From a virus (taxonomy: Duplodnaviria; Caudoviricetes), in the IMG/VR virus record IMGVR_UViG_3300031519_000081, positions 1-36,765 of that record: DNA of 36,765 nt. One strand, written 5' to 3'. The notes beneath the pieces were generated by a model, which was not told the origin of the DNA, searched no databases, and saw only the letters and a list, made by a program, of their open reading frames with translations. Shown piece by piece: positions 17,542 through 27,928 of this stretch. Position numbers and translations under genes: made by a program. Each line of letters begins with the position of its first letter. The first letter of the stretch is position 1.

Positions 17542-20500
17542 TTACGCATTTAAAAAGTACTGCAATGCTAACGGCGACCCTGATACACCTTTTGTGAAAT
17601 CAGCAGTTGCACCTATTATAATTGCACTTCCGTCTGTTGTTGTTATAGTGTTACCATTGATGCTGATGTTACCAGCAACTAAAGTATTTACGTTCAGCGT
17701 TGCCGAGCCACCACCTATCTGAGCATTAATGTATGTTCTAATAGCTCGTTGTGTCGGAACAATATTATCACTGTCAGCGGCAAATGTCCCGTCTGTACTA
17801 AACTCTCTAATTGTTGCACTAGTGCCGCCTAAACTTACCGACCCTAGCTGTAGTTCCTGCAATCCGCTAACACTAAAATTATCAGCATTTAGTGTAGCTG
17901 TACCAGTTGCTTGCTCAACTGTAAACAATTCACCAATTCGGAAGTTACCATCTTGGTCAGTACTAGTATAAAACACTCTGCCGCCACCATTTTCTACAGC
18001 TTCATTTAGCTGATTAGGAGAATTAAATGGCAGTCCTGGATAGTTAGTATCTCCAAAATTTCCGGTACCAATATCTAGATAATCGTGACCTGTTAATCGT
18101 ACTTGAGAATAACGAATTCTCATTGTTACTTGAGCGTCATGAGTTGGCTCAGAATCAACTGGAATTTCTGGACTTACTTGAAGTCTAGCTGTAAATGGCC
18201 CAACGCCTTGTAACTCAAAAACTTGTACTAGTTTGTATATTGTAGCATCGCCTGCTATTTGTAAATTGCTTCCCGGTAACGGTGTACGTGTTAATCCGGC
18301 TGCAAACAGATATTTTCCATTTTGTTTGATATCTGCGTAGCCGTCACCTGATTCAATATACGTAGCAGCAGTTTCGTATCCAGTTCCTCTATCAGTCCAA
18401 GTAGGCTGTCCAAGAACTCCGCTTCCAACTCTAACTTCTAATGGTGCATTGATTGTGTTTGTTGGATCAACAATAGTTACTGTTGGCGGAATAAACGGAT
18501 CATACCCACTTCCAGGTTCAATAATACTTATGCTGTATATCTTTTCAGTTGCAACTCTTGCACGGCCTGTTGCAGTTATACCACTTACTGGATTTGCAAA
18601 TATTAATCTAGGCTCTATTCGATATTGTGAAGTCTGATCTAACGATACTTCAATTGCAGTTCCTGGTACATAATGGTCCCATCCTGCTGTATCGTCGCTC
18701 ATTTTCTTTACAGTAGCAACTTTTGTTCCAGCATTAAATGTGTCAATATAAGCATACTGACCAACTCCTAGGCCACTTTCAATAAAGACTGCCATACCTA
18801 CATAGTCTGGACTATTAGCAGTGTCAGTAGCACTAATAGTAAGTTGAGTTGGAGATCCATTTTGTGCATTATTTAATGCAGTACTATATCCATCACCGCC
18901 GTAATTACCGGCTGTGTTTAAAAGTCTAACTTCAAATACAGCATTATTTCTAATTGTTGGTGTATTAATTTCTGCTCCAACTCCTTCGCCAACAAAATCA
19001 AAAGACGCAGTAGTGTAATTTACACCAGCATTGGCATATTCTAATACTAGTAATCTGTCGCCGTCTGTTACAGTGTTTGATATAATTGCATCTGAATAAT
19101 AGTTGTTCACTGTACCAAGATTTGGTACTTCAGTTACGTCGATGCCTTCAGCAACAGAGCCAAACTTACCATAAGAATTGTTACCATTAGTAGCACGGAT
19201 TTTTCCACCGTTTTCTGACAAGTACCCAACATGACAATAGTATGTAAACACAGATACAAGCTCAGAACGTCCTAAGTTTGTAACCCAGTAACCGATTCCG
19301 TCACTTAAAATTTGCGTAAAGTCGTTTGCAACAATTGAGTCGTTTCCGCCGTCGTGTAAGCCGCCGTCTACTTTTAAGCCGATACATCCAGATCCAAACG
19401 AACTACAGTTTTGTATGTACGGTGATCTACTAGAGATCCAAGCTAATCTATCAGTACTATCTTCGCCCGGATCTAATGAAACATATGCTCCACCAGTTGG
19501 GCGCTGGGTACCGTATGCATTTGGAGTTCCTAGTGATCCTTGCATTCCAGAAAATGTCATGTTTCTTAATCCGCATCCGTTACGAACTCTAAACATATCG
19601 TCTGTAAGATTATATCCTGGACCAGCAACAATTCTAGTAGATCTTAGCTCGTCGCCTACAATTGCAGTATTTGCCGGAACAACAATAGGTAATATTTCTA
19701 CATACTCACCTGTTTTAACAAAAAGCGTATTATTAACAACTTGTTCTGCAGGAATTGCTGCTGCATTACCAGCAGTTATAGCACTAGTAATTAAACTTGT
19801 TAATGCACTATATGTAGCAAACGATCCTGCTTCTTCAGTATATGCCCCGTCAATAACTTGTGATACTGGAACAGCTACACTATTTTGTGTTTGATAGTTT
19901 ACTGCTGGCGCTAGATTTGATAACACAGCATCGACTACTTCTAAACTATATATAATTGCTGCTGCGGTTTCTTCTTCTTGACCGGTAATATAACTTGCTC
20001 CGGCTGGTGTAAAGTACGACTGCGCTGATTTTCTACTTTCAACATTTCCGCCATGTGATAAATCATAACCAACTGCTTTTACAATTTTCTTCATGTCTCT
20101 TAGACATGTTACTTTATTGTAATTAAAGCTCAAATAGTTAGTATCAATGTAAGTAATAGTATTTGCAATTAAGGTTGTCTTGCCAGCATCTATGCCAGAT
20201 TTTGCATTTTGGTTTGCTGCTGATCCCCATGTTACAACTGGATTAACTACTGCTGGCAAACTAGCAGTATTGCCGGCTGTAATTACGTCTTCAATAATTT
20301 GTATTAAAGCATCTAATGTAGTTGCTTCTGTTGAAGTTGCATTTGCTCCTGTTAAATCAAGCGATTCTAAATTTCCTGCTGTAGGAGTAACTGTTATTCC
20401 TAATACTATATTAGAAATTACGTTAGATATGTGTGCATATGCAGCAACAGTTGCTGATTGTTGTCCTGCTGGTAATTGAGCTACTGCACCTACATAATAT

Positions 20501-22737
20501 GCTTCTGCATTTACAATAGTTGCACTATTTCCACCATAAAGAATATCATATGTTAATGCATCAACAATGTATTTTGCATCTCTTAAACATTTAGCTTGAT
20601 TGTACCCAGCCGGCGGCGTATTATTATTTACATACGCAACAACTTCTGCTGCTATGAAATTTCTATTAGCTTGTAATCTATCTGCCGCTGGCAATGCATC
20701 AGTAGTTGGAAGTACACCCGGTGTTGGAAATGATAATGCATTTGCTGCCGTGTCTGTACTTACAGTACCATTGGCAATAATATCAATAATTTCATCGAAG
20801 TACGTATTTAAACGCTGTGACGATGTGCTGTCGCCACCTGCATTAGCTGCTAATGTGCTAGCACCATCTTTTAAGTATGCTACTGCTGCAATAGTTGCCG
20901 ACTTTTGATTGCTTTGTAAGTATGCGCTATTTGCTCGTTGATATGCTAGTCCAGTAGTTACTGAATTATAATTTGTACCTAATACAATATCGTAACCTGC
21001 TGCGTCAAGTATAATTCCGCTATCGCGTTCGCATTTTGCTTGATCGTATGTAAAAGTATTAGTAAATGGTGCAATTGCATTTGCAACTTGGTAGTCAATC
21101 CATTCAACTACTTCTGCTGCAATAAAGTTAACGTTTTGATCTAGTAAATATTTTGAATTAAAATTTCTAGTAGCATTTAACATAGTATCACAAGCATATT
21201 TTACAGTTGTCCAAGGTCTATCTAAAGTTTTACCGTAATTGATATCATCTAGTCCGTTAGGTGCAACATAGTATACATTATCTACTAATCCAAAATCTAC
21301 CCAATTTGGAGCAGTTCCTGAAGGATTAACTGACAGCACTTGACCTGTTGTGCCTATGCCTAATCTAGCAGGACCTGCTCCTGAATAATAAAGCAAGTCG
21401 CCGTCTGTTGTAAGTGTGTTTTCTTCAGCAGTACCACTAACTATGTTCCAGTAAGCGCCTGTTAAATCTAGATCCGGTCTGTTACTTGCGTTGTCTGATG
21501 TATGTGCATCTACACAAATATAAGAGTTATCAGCAAACGTAATCATATCACCTAGTACATAACTAGTTGCATCTACCCATGTGCCAGTCCAATTAAAACC
21601 TTCGTTTAGTTTATTCCAGTATGTTAGTGATGGCGGAGTTTGATCTAAATGGTCTTGTGTACATAGATACGTGTATCCATTTAATCTTACTACGTCGCCA
21701 ACACGGTAGTTAGTAACATTGTCCCAATCGCCAATTAGATTGAAACCGGTAATAAATAGTCCCCAGTTAGCAGCTGACGTTGATGGTGTTGCGCCTGAGT
21801 GGTTTGTTTTTGCAACATATGTGAATCCACCGTATGTTACAATATCGCCAGGTTGATAAACAGTTGAGTTACTCCAACTATCTTCAAACTCTAATCCTGG
21901 TAAAAATACTTGCCAGTTAGTTTGATCTGATTGAAATAACGCTGTTGATTCGTGCGGTGTAACACATATCCAAAGACCGGGACCATTTTTAACAATATCA
22001 TTGTTCGTATATCGAGTTGTTTCTTGCCAGTCTTGTCTATAATTAATACCGCTGTAAAAAGTATCCCACTTTGTGATATCAGCTTCTTGACCCAAGGCAT
22101 CTGTTGCTACTGATGTATGTCCTTGATTTGCTATAAATATTTTTCCAAAATAAGTAACAACATCGTAAGGCTTGTATCTAGTCGTGTTTGTCCACTCGCC
22201 TTTCCAGTCAATTCCTTGACTGAATAAAGCCCAGTTAATTAAATCTACTTCGAGACCTTCGTCAACAGTTGCGGCACTATCATGTGCTATTGCGCAAATA
22301 TAAGTAGATGCTCCGTACTTTGCAATATCGTTAATTTTATATTTTGTATTAGTTGACCATGCACCTGCATAACTAATACCTTCAGCAAACAGATCCCACT
22401 TACTTTGATCCGCCTCAAGCCCTAATAAAATATCTGCGTTTGACGTATGTCCTTGATTACAAATATATAAGAAACCACCGTTTCTTACAATGTCGTTAAC
22501 TTTGTAATAATTTGCTACTTGCCAATCGCCTTCCCATGTAAGGCCGTCACCGAACTGGTCCCATTTCGGTTGTATGTTATTTAAGTCTGCTTCTAGGTTT
22601 GCACTGGCAGTGTGTGCAAAAGTACAGATAAAGGTTTTACCACCGTACTGGACAATATCGTCTCGTACATATGCGGTTCCGGTTGTCCAGACACCTTTCC
22701 AAATAAATCTAATTCTACCAAGTTTAAACTCAGCCAT
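17542..22737 (-). CDS. Large tail fiber/baseplate protein, paralog A: 8 CBM5/12-like repeats, helical KCxRD block, pectin-lyase-like beta-helix core
   Basis: Eight W.G.W...T.Y...DiV.ygg..YiC...HTS repeats; YYVAPNG.D...PWTTV; three (K/T)C.RD...DA..YD motifs; VKTGEY.E.LPIVVP...GDELRST; SIVANDFTQ; RVFYTSTDQDGNFR. Start ATG 22737 (MAEFKLGRIRF, matching the paralog's MAEF) follows GGGGAG; the track uses GTG 22746. Confidence 0.75.
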   Translation of the reverse strand: MAEFKLGRIRFIWKGVWTTGTAYVRDDIVQYGGKTFICTFAHTASANLEADLNNIQPKWDQFGDGLTWEGDWQVANYYKVNDIVRNGGFLYICNQGHTSNADILLGLEADQSKWDLFAEGISYAGAWSTNTKYKINDIAKYGASTYICAIAHDSAATVDEGLEVDLINWALFSQGIDWKGEWTNTTRYKPYDVVTYFGKIFIANQGHTSVATDALGQEADITKWDTFYSGINYRQDWQETTRYTNNDIVKNGPGLWICVTPHESTALFQSDQTNWQVFLPGLEFEDSWSNSTVYQPGDIVTYGGFTYVAKTNHSGATPSTSAANWGLFITGFNLIGDWDNVTNYRVGDVVRLNGYTYLCTQDHLDQTPPSLTYWNKLNEGFNWTGTWVDATSYVLGDMITFADNSYICVDAHTSDNASNRPDLDLTGAYWNIVSGTAEENTLTTDGDLLYYSGAGPARLGIGTTGQVLSVNPSGTAPNWVDFGLVDNVYYVAPNGLDDINYGKTLDRPWTTVKYACDTMLNATRNFNSKYLLDQNVNFIAAEVVEWIDYQVANAIAPFTNTFTYDQAKCERDSGIILDAAGYDIVLGTNYNSVTTGLAYQRANSAYLQSNQKSATIAAVAYLKDGASTLAANAGGDSTSSQRLNTYFDEIIDIIANGTVSTDTAANALSFPTPGVLPTTDALPAADRLQANRNFIAAEVVAYVNNNTPPAGYNQAKCLRDAKYIVDALTYDILYGGNSATIVNAEAYYVGAVAQLPAGQQSATVAAYAHISNVISNIVLGITVTPTAGNLESLDLTGANATSTEATTLDALIQIIEDVITAGNTASLPAVVNPVVTWGSAANQNAKSGIDAGKTTLIANTITYIDTNYLSFNYNKVTCLRDMKKIVKAVGYDLSHGGNVESRKSAQSYFTPAGASYITGQEEETAAAIIYSLEVVDAVLSNLAPAVNYQTQNSVAVPVSQVIDGAYTEEAGSFATYSALTSLITSAITAGNAAAIPAEQVVNNTLFVKTGEYVEILPIVVPANTAIVGDELRSTRIVAGPGYNLTDDMFRVRNGCGLRNMTFSGMQGSLGTPNAYGTQRPTGGAYVSLDPGEDSTDRLAWISSRSPYIQNCSSFGSGCIGLKVDGGLHDGGNDSIVANDFTQILSDGIGYWVTNLGRSELVSVFTYYCHVGYLSENGGKIRATNGNNSYGKFGSVAEGIDVTEVPNLGTVNNYYSDAIISNTVTDGDRLLVLEYANAGVNYTTASFDFVGEGVGAEINTPTIRNNAVFEVRLLNTAGNYGGDGYSTALNNAQNGSPTQLTISATDTANSPDYVGMAVFIESGLGVGQYAYIDTFNAGTKVATVKKMSDDTAGWDHYVPGTAIEVSLDQTSQYRIEPRLIFANPVSGITATGRARVATEKIYSISIIEPGSGYDPFIPPTVTIVDPTNTINAPLEVRVGSGVLGQPTWTDRGTGYETAATYIESGDGYADIKQNGKYLFAAGLTRTPLPGSNLQIAGDATIYKLVQVFELQGVGPFTARLQVSPEIPVDSEPTHDAQVTMRIRYSQVRLTGHDYLDIGTGNFGDTNYPGLPFNSPNQLNEAVENGGGRVFYTSTDQDGNFRIGELFTVEQATGTATLNADNFSVSGLQELQLGSVSLGGTSATIREFSTDGTFAADSDNIVPTQRAIRTYINAQIGGGSATLNVNTLVAGNISINGNTITTTDGSAIIIGATADFTKGVSGSPLALQYFLNA

Positions 22738-22771
22738 TCGGTTCACTCTCCCCTATTAGGCAATATTAATA

Positions 22772-22780
22772 TTATTTATC
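22772..22780 (-). promoter_or_regulatory. Putative late promoter (GATAAATAA)
   Basis: ATAAATA in the gap between the two large paralogs, upstream of the GGGGAG RBS. Confidence 0.6.
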
Positions 22781-22792
22781 CAATCTTCCGGG

Positions 22793-25700
22793 TTATGGCG
22801 CAGTAAATAATTGCGACATAATCCAAAGTCCTGAATAACTCGTTAAGTAGACTGGTGCATCGAACGCCAGTCCGTCTATTGTTGCATTGTCATTCATGTT
22901 AATGCCGTTGCTGTCAATAATTAATTGGCTAGTCAACAATGCGTTTGCATTAACATTTGAGCCGCCGCCTGAAACTCGACTAGTTATATATGCTCCAATA
23001 GCTCGTTGTGTCGGAATTATGTTATCACTGTTTGCAAGAAACGTTTTGTCTGTTGAAAACTCTCTAATAACAGCGTTTGTTCCGCCTAGTATAATTCCAC
23101 CAATTCTTAATTCATCTAATCCCGATAAGTCAAATTGGCTTGCACTAATAGTAACTACACCAGTACTTTGTTCAACCTTAAATAGTTCGCCAACTCGGAA
23201 GTTACCATCTTGGTCAGTACTGGTGTAGAATACTCGTCCGCCGCCTGCGCCTACAGTTTCTCGTTCCTGTCTAGCAACATTTTCGCTTGTAAATCCTTCT
23301 GTATATCTTAAAGGATATGCAGTGTCAGTAAAATCGCCTGATCCTACATCTAAGAAATCGTGACCTGTTAATCGAATCTGACTAAAATTTTGTCTAATTT
23401 CAATATTTGTGTTGTGTATAGGCGATTCGTTTACGTCTAAAATAGGAGTAATCTGTAAGGTTGCTGTTAGCGAAGGCTCTGTTCCTAAAACTTCAGTTAT
23501 TTTTTGTACATAATATTGATTATTATTTCCACTAATAATAAGAGAGTCACCTGGCCCTGGAATTCTTAACAATTCTTTAATTCTAATAATTCCGGCTACT
23601 GGAAATATATCAGCAAACCCGTCGCCTTCTACTGTTGCATTTTGTCTAAAATACAATGTGCCAGTGTTATATAAATTTGGCTGTGCCAGTACTCCGTTAG
23701 CTAATCTAAACTCGTACGTTGCATCAGTTGTTGACTCACTGTCGTATAATACTCCTGTAGGAGCAGTTATATAACCACTGCCAGGATCTGTAATATAAAA
23801 CGCATTAACTTTTCTAGAAACAATGTTAGGTCTTGCTAAACAAGTTGCTCCATATTTTAATAGTTGTAATTCAGCACTACTGGTAGAATTACATAATATC
23901 CATCCTTCGTATGTTGTGCCACCGTTATTATATTTAATATATTCTACTTTACCAACAACCTGGCCACCAATTGGGGCGGTTGCAAACCAGTTAATTGCAT
24001 CTTGGCTAACATTTACTAAGCCATTATTTGCAACTACAACAAATAAACTACCGTTTGCAGATATTTTCCAATTGCCGACACTTATTGCGTTTGGATCAAT
24101 CTGTGATGCTCTAAAGTTTACACCTTCGCGGAAGTCTAGGTCTTTGTTTGCTGCACTTCTTGAAACAATGGGTTTGCTGGGTGAAATGCCTAATGTATCT
24201 TTTGCACATGCAATAAATGCTCTATTACCTGCATCGAAGTCTGTTATTTCGTATGTTGATAATCCTGCTAATAAGTTTGATGTTAATTCAGTCCAATTTG
24301 ACCCGTTGTCTGTTGATTCGTACGCTACTCCGGCAGTGTCTAATACTACCCAACGACCAGTATCGTATGCAACAAAGTTAAATCCTCCTGACTTCCCTGT
24401 ATCAACTTCACTCCAAGTAGTACCCTGATCGGTTGATATTATTACATTTTGTGTTCCAGTGGCACTAATTACCACTGTGCCGTTAAATGTCTTAATATCT
24501 GTAAAGTTTTGAGTAGGAATACTAGCGCTAGACCAGTTAATTCCGTCAACTGATTGCGCACTTAGTCCTAAGCTACTAATAGTAATAAATTTATTACCTG
24601 TCCAGACTGCGCCAATCCAGTCAGAGATTCCGGGTAGCGTTGCGTTAATCCAGGTAGAGCCGTTTGTAGAATACGCAACAACATTAGAACTAGTAGTACA
24701 CACAATACTAGTAGACCCATTAGATGCTGCACTTCCTAAAGTTTTAAAACTACCAGTTGTTTGAATTTCTGCTTGGTAGGTCGGTGCAGACACAGTAAAT
24801 CTCGGTTCAATAACATATCGAGTAGTGCCGTCAAGCAATGATGCTATAGGGTTTCCTGCTATTATTGTATTCCAGCCAGTTTGGCCATACATGTTCTGTA
24901 CTGATGCTACTTTTGTTACAATATCATATGAACTGATTTGTCCCCATTGTCCTGTACCAACTCCTGCTTTAATGAATATATTCATACCTATATACGAGGT
25001 ATTATCAGTTTGGTCTGAACTTGCTAATGTAATACTACTAGGTGATCCAAGTTGTGCGTTATTTTCAATTCTTCTAAAATTAAATCCACCTATTGATCCT
25101 GAATCTTCACCTTCTTTAATTCGAATTTCGGACACTGCGCCCTGTCTAGTATTATCACTAATTAAACTAGCACCGGTTCCACTACCGACTATGTTATAGT
25201 TTGCAGATGTATATTCTTGGCCTGCATGTGAATACGATACAGCTACAATCTCGCCATCTTGGTTAGCATAAACTTCAGATACTTGTGCAGGCTGAGTTCT
25301 GTTATCAATTATAGCAGTAATTGCTGATTCTGAAGCGTTAACTCCTTCAGCAACTGATCCAAAATCACCGTAACTATTGTTTCCGTTAGTAGCACGAATT
25401 TTACCGCCAGCTGTTGCAAGATAACCTATATGACAATAGTATGTAAACACAGACACTAGCTCTGATCTACCGTCTGCATTTGCCCAGTACCCAATTCCGT
25501 CACTTAGAATCTGTGTAAAGTCATTAGCAACTATCGACTTGTAACCACCGTTATGCAATTCTCCGTCTACCTTCATTCCGATGCAGCCTGTGCCAAATGT
25601 TGATACGTTTTGCACATATGGTGATTTACTATCAATCCAAGCAGTTAAATCATCCTTACTTTCGCCGGGATTCAAACTTACATAAGCACCAGCAGTTGGC

Positions 25701-27916
25701 CTGCTAGTAAAGTATTCATTTTGTTCGCCAAGTGTCCCTGATAATCCCTGTAGTGTCATATTTCTTAAGCCAGATGCATTGTTCATATAAAACATATTAG
25801 ATGTTTCGTATCCAACTTCTGGCTTAATAACTGTACTTCTCAGTTCGTCACCGACTACTGCAACGCCACGAGGCACTACAATCGGCAATACTTCTTTGTA
25901 AACTCCTGTTTTTACAAATAGCGTTGCAGGTGCTCTTGCGTCTAAGTCTTCTTGTATATATTCACAAGCTCTTTTAACACTAGAAAACGGTGCACCTTCG
26001 GTTCCTAGTCCTGTAATATCATTGCCGCGCGGAGTGACAAACCAAGTTTTTGGTACAACTTGAAAATCTTCCCAACTTACTAGTCCAGCCTCCGAAACCT
26101 GTGCAATTTGTCCAGGAGAGCCTATATTAAGATAAAAATCGGCGCTGTCGACTCTAGTTTTCAAGTCGCCAACATCAACTAGAACGTTTGTCGGACTTCC
26201 TTGTATTAATAATTCCCAGTAAGTTCCAATATTTAACTTAGGTATTTGTCCAGGGTCAACTGGAATAAGGGCCGGAGTGTGCGGAATTGTACAATAATAC
26301 ATACTTCCGGCATATGTTACAACATCGCCTAATGCATAATACGTATCTATATTCCAGTTTCTTTTCCACGACTTTCCAGTAACAATTGCATTCCAGCTTA
26401 CGCTACCTGCTGTTATTTTTACTTCGTTGAAATTATAAAACCCGGCATTTACACCAGATACTGGATAAAATATTCCTTGCTCTGTATCAGCTATTATAAT
26501 AATTTTTCTGCTGGTAGCACTACCAAAACCTGCAATATAATTTTCTGGAGTGACCGGAATGCTATCAAGTTCGTAAACAATACCATTAGTTAAAAAATTA
26601 TAACCAGAGCCAAAATGTCCATCTATTACAGTACTAAAGTACATAGGATTTACATTATTTGTTTCATCAGTTTGGTCAAATATGTAAGTAGAACCTGATA
26701 CTAGATATAAATTTGGTGTTCCTATATTATTAATAAGAAACTTTAGACCTGTACCTGTGATACCAACTGTAACAGTATAATTAACAATTCGTGTAATTTC
26801 TTCAGGATAGCTTCCAGTATCCTGAACTGCTACATATAAATTGCCGCCTTCTCTAACTACATCACCGGTTTTATATAGTGTGTTAGTTTCCCAGGCGTTT
26901 TGGTAATTATAACTAGTTGATACTAGTGCCCAATTGCCGCCGCCGGCTAAAGGAATATTTCCTTGATTAATTAGTGCAATTGACCGGTATACGTAGCCGC
27001 CGTATAGCACCATATCTCCAACAGTATACGTAGAGATAGCTGTCCATATTTGTTCGTAACCTGTTCCCGGAATATATAACTCCCAGTCACTAGCTCTATA
27101 TGCAGACGAGTTAGTTAATAAATTAGTTTTTAATAAACTTGAACTACGGGTTATAATATCATTTGGGTAATATTGAACGTTAGCTTCCCAATTTCCTCTA
27201 TATCTCACACCGGTAATTACCACTTCCCAATTTGAGCTATCAGCCGGAAGCCCTAAACTAATAGAGCTGTTACTAGTGTGTCCGATTATACATCTATAAG
27301 TTGTAGAACCATGTGTTACTAAATCGTTTTGGATATATCGTGTACTAATATTCCAATTATCTCTCCAGTTGTCACTTCTGTTAATTAGTACCCAGTTAGC
27401 AATATCTGCTTCTAAGCCCAACGACACTGTAGTAGAAGTATGTTCTGCAGTTGCAAGATACGTTTGCCCGTTATATTTTGCAATATCGCCAATATAATAT
27501 TTTCTACCATTAACCCAATTTGATCTAAAATCAAATGTTCTAGCAATAAATGTCCATTTTTCAATATCTGCCGTTAAGCCGGTTGTACTTAGTATTGCAC
27601 TAGTATGCCCTGCATTACAAATATAAAGAGTCGCACCATATTTTACAATTTCACTAGTTTCATACTTAGTGCTAGTAGCCCAGTTTCCTCTCCAACGCTG
27701 ACCTTCTGCCATTAATACCCAACGAGGTTCAGGATTTCCAAATTGATCTAATGCATATAAGTCGTCATCAAACGTAGCAAGTGATGCTATGTGACCAATT
27801 AAACAAACGTATATTTTACCGCCAACGGCTGCAATGTCGTCTTGAGCAAAAGCTATTCCGCTAGACCACGGACCTCTCCAAACATACTTAAATCTTGATA
27901 TATTAAACTCTGCCAT
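22793..27916 (-). CDS. Large tail fiber/baseplate protein, paralog B: 8 CBM5/12-like repeats, beta-helix core, BNR/Asp-box propeller insert
   Basis: Same scaffold as paralog A (MAEF.., GDELRST, SIVANDFTQILSDGIGYW, RLTGHDFLD, RVFYTSTDQDGNFR, PTQRAI). Asp-boxes STNGSTW, SVDGINW, STDQGTTW, STDNGSNW and SQDAINW. Confidence 0.75.
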   Translation of the reverse strand: MAEFNISRFKYVWRGPWSSGIAFAQDDIAAVGGKIYVCLIGHIASLATFDDDLYALDQFGNPEPRWVLMAEGQRWRGNWATSTKYETSEIVKYGATLYICNAGHTSAILSTTGLTADIEKWTFIARTFDFRSNWVNGRKYYIGDIAKYNGQTYLATAEHTSTTVSLGLEADIANWVLINRSDNWRDNWNISTRYIQNDLVTHGSTTYRCIIGHTSNSSISLGLPADSSNWEVVITGVRYRGNWEANVQYYPNDIITRSSSLLKTNLLTNSSAYRASDWELYIPGTGYEQIWTAISTYTVGDMVLYGGYVYRSIALINQGNIPLAGGGNWALVSTSYNYQNAWETNTLYKTGDVVREGGNLYVAVQDTGSYPEEITRIVNYTVTVGITGTGLKFLINNIGTPNLYLVSGSTYIFDQTDETNNVNPMYFSTVIDGHFGSGYNFLTNGIVYELDSIPVTPENYIAGFGSATSRKIIIIADTEQGIFYPVSGVNAGFYNFNEVKITAGSVSWNAIVTGKSWKRNWNIDTYYALGDVVTYAGSMYYCTIPHTPALIPVDPGQIPKLNIGTYWELLIQGSPTNVLVDVGDLKTRVDSADFYLNIGSPGQIAQVSEAGLVSWEDFQVVPKTWFVTPRGNDITGLGTEGAPFSSVKRACEYIQEDLDARAPATLFVKTGVYKEVLPIVVPRGVAVVGDELRSTVIKPEVGYETSNMFYMNNASGLRNMTLQGLSGTLGEQNEYFTSRPTAGAYVSLNPGESKDDLTAWIDSKSPYVQNVSTFGTGCIGMKVDGELHNGGYKSIVANDFTQILSDGIGYWANADGRSELVSVFTYYCHIGYLATAGGKIRATNGNNSYGDFGSVAEGVNASESAITAIIDNRTQPAQVSEVYANQDGEIVAVSYSHAGQEYTSANYNIVGSGTGASLISDNTRQGAVSEIRIKEGEDSGSIGGFNFRRIENNAQLGSPSSITLASSDQTDNTSYIGMNIFIKAGVGTGQWGQISSYDIVTKVASVQNMYGQTGWNTIIAGNPIASLLDGTTRYVIEPRFTVSAPTYQAEIQTTGSFKTLGSAASNGSTSIVCTTSSNVVAYSTNGSTWINATLPGISDWIGAVWTGNKFITISSLGLSAQSVDGINWSSASIPTQNFTDIKTFNGTVVISATGTQNVIISTDQGTTWSEVDTGKSGGFNFVAYDTGRWVVLDTAGVAYESTDNGSNWTELTSNLLAGLSTYEITDFDAGNRAFIACAKDTLGISPSKPIVSRSAANKDLDFREGVNFRASQIDPNAISVGNWKISANGSLFVVVANNGLVNVSQDAINWFATAPIGGQVVGKVEYIKYNNGGTTYEGWILCNSTSSAELQLLKYGATCLARPNIVSRKVNAFYITDPGSGYITAPTGVLYDSESTTDATYEFRLANGVLAQPNLYNTGTLYFRQNATVEGDGFADIFPVAGIIRIKELLRIPGPGDSLIISGNNNQYYVQKITEVLGTEPSLTATLQITPILDVNESPIHNTNIEIRQNFSQIRLTGHDFLDVGSGDFTDTAYPLRYTEGFTSENVARQERETVGAGGGRVFYTSTDQDGNFRVGELFKVEQSTGVVTISASQFDLSGLDELRIGGIILGGTNAVIREFSTDKTFLANSDNIIPTQRAIGAYITSRVSGGGSNVNANALLTSQLIIDSNGINMNDNATIDGLAFDAPVYLTSYSGLWIMSQLFTAP

Positions 27917-27928
27917 TGTAATTCCTAA

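Noticed and set aside
22737-22746. Track start GTG 22746 for the 1734-aa ORF
   Set aside because: GTG 22746 lies too close to the SD, and ATG 22737 gives MAEF, matching the paralog's N-terminus.
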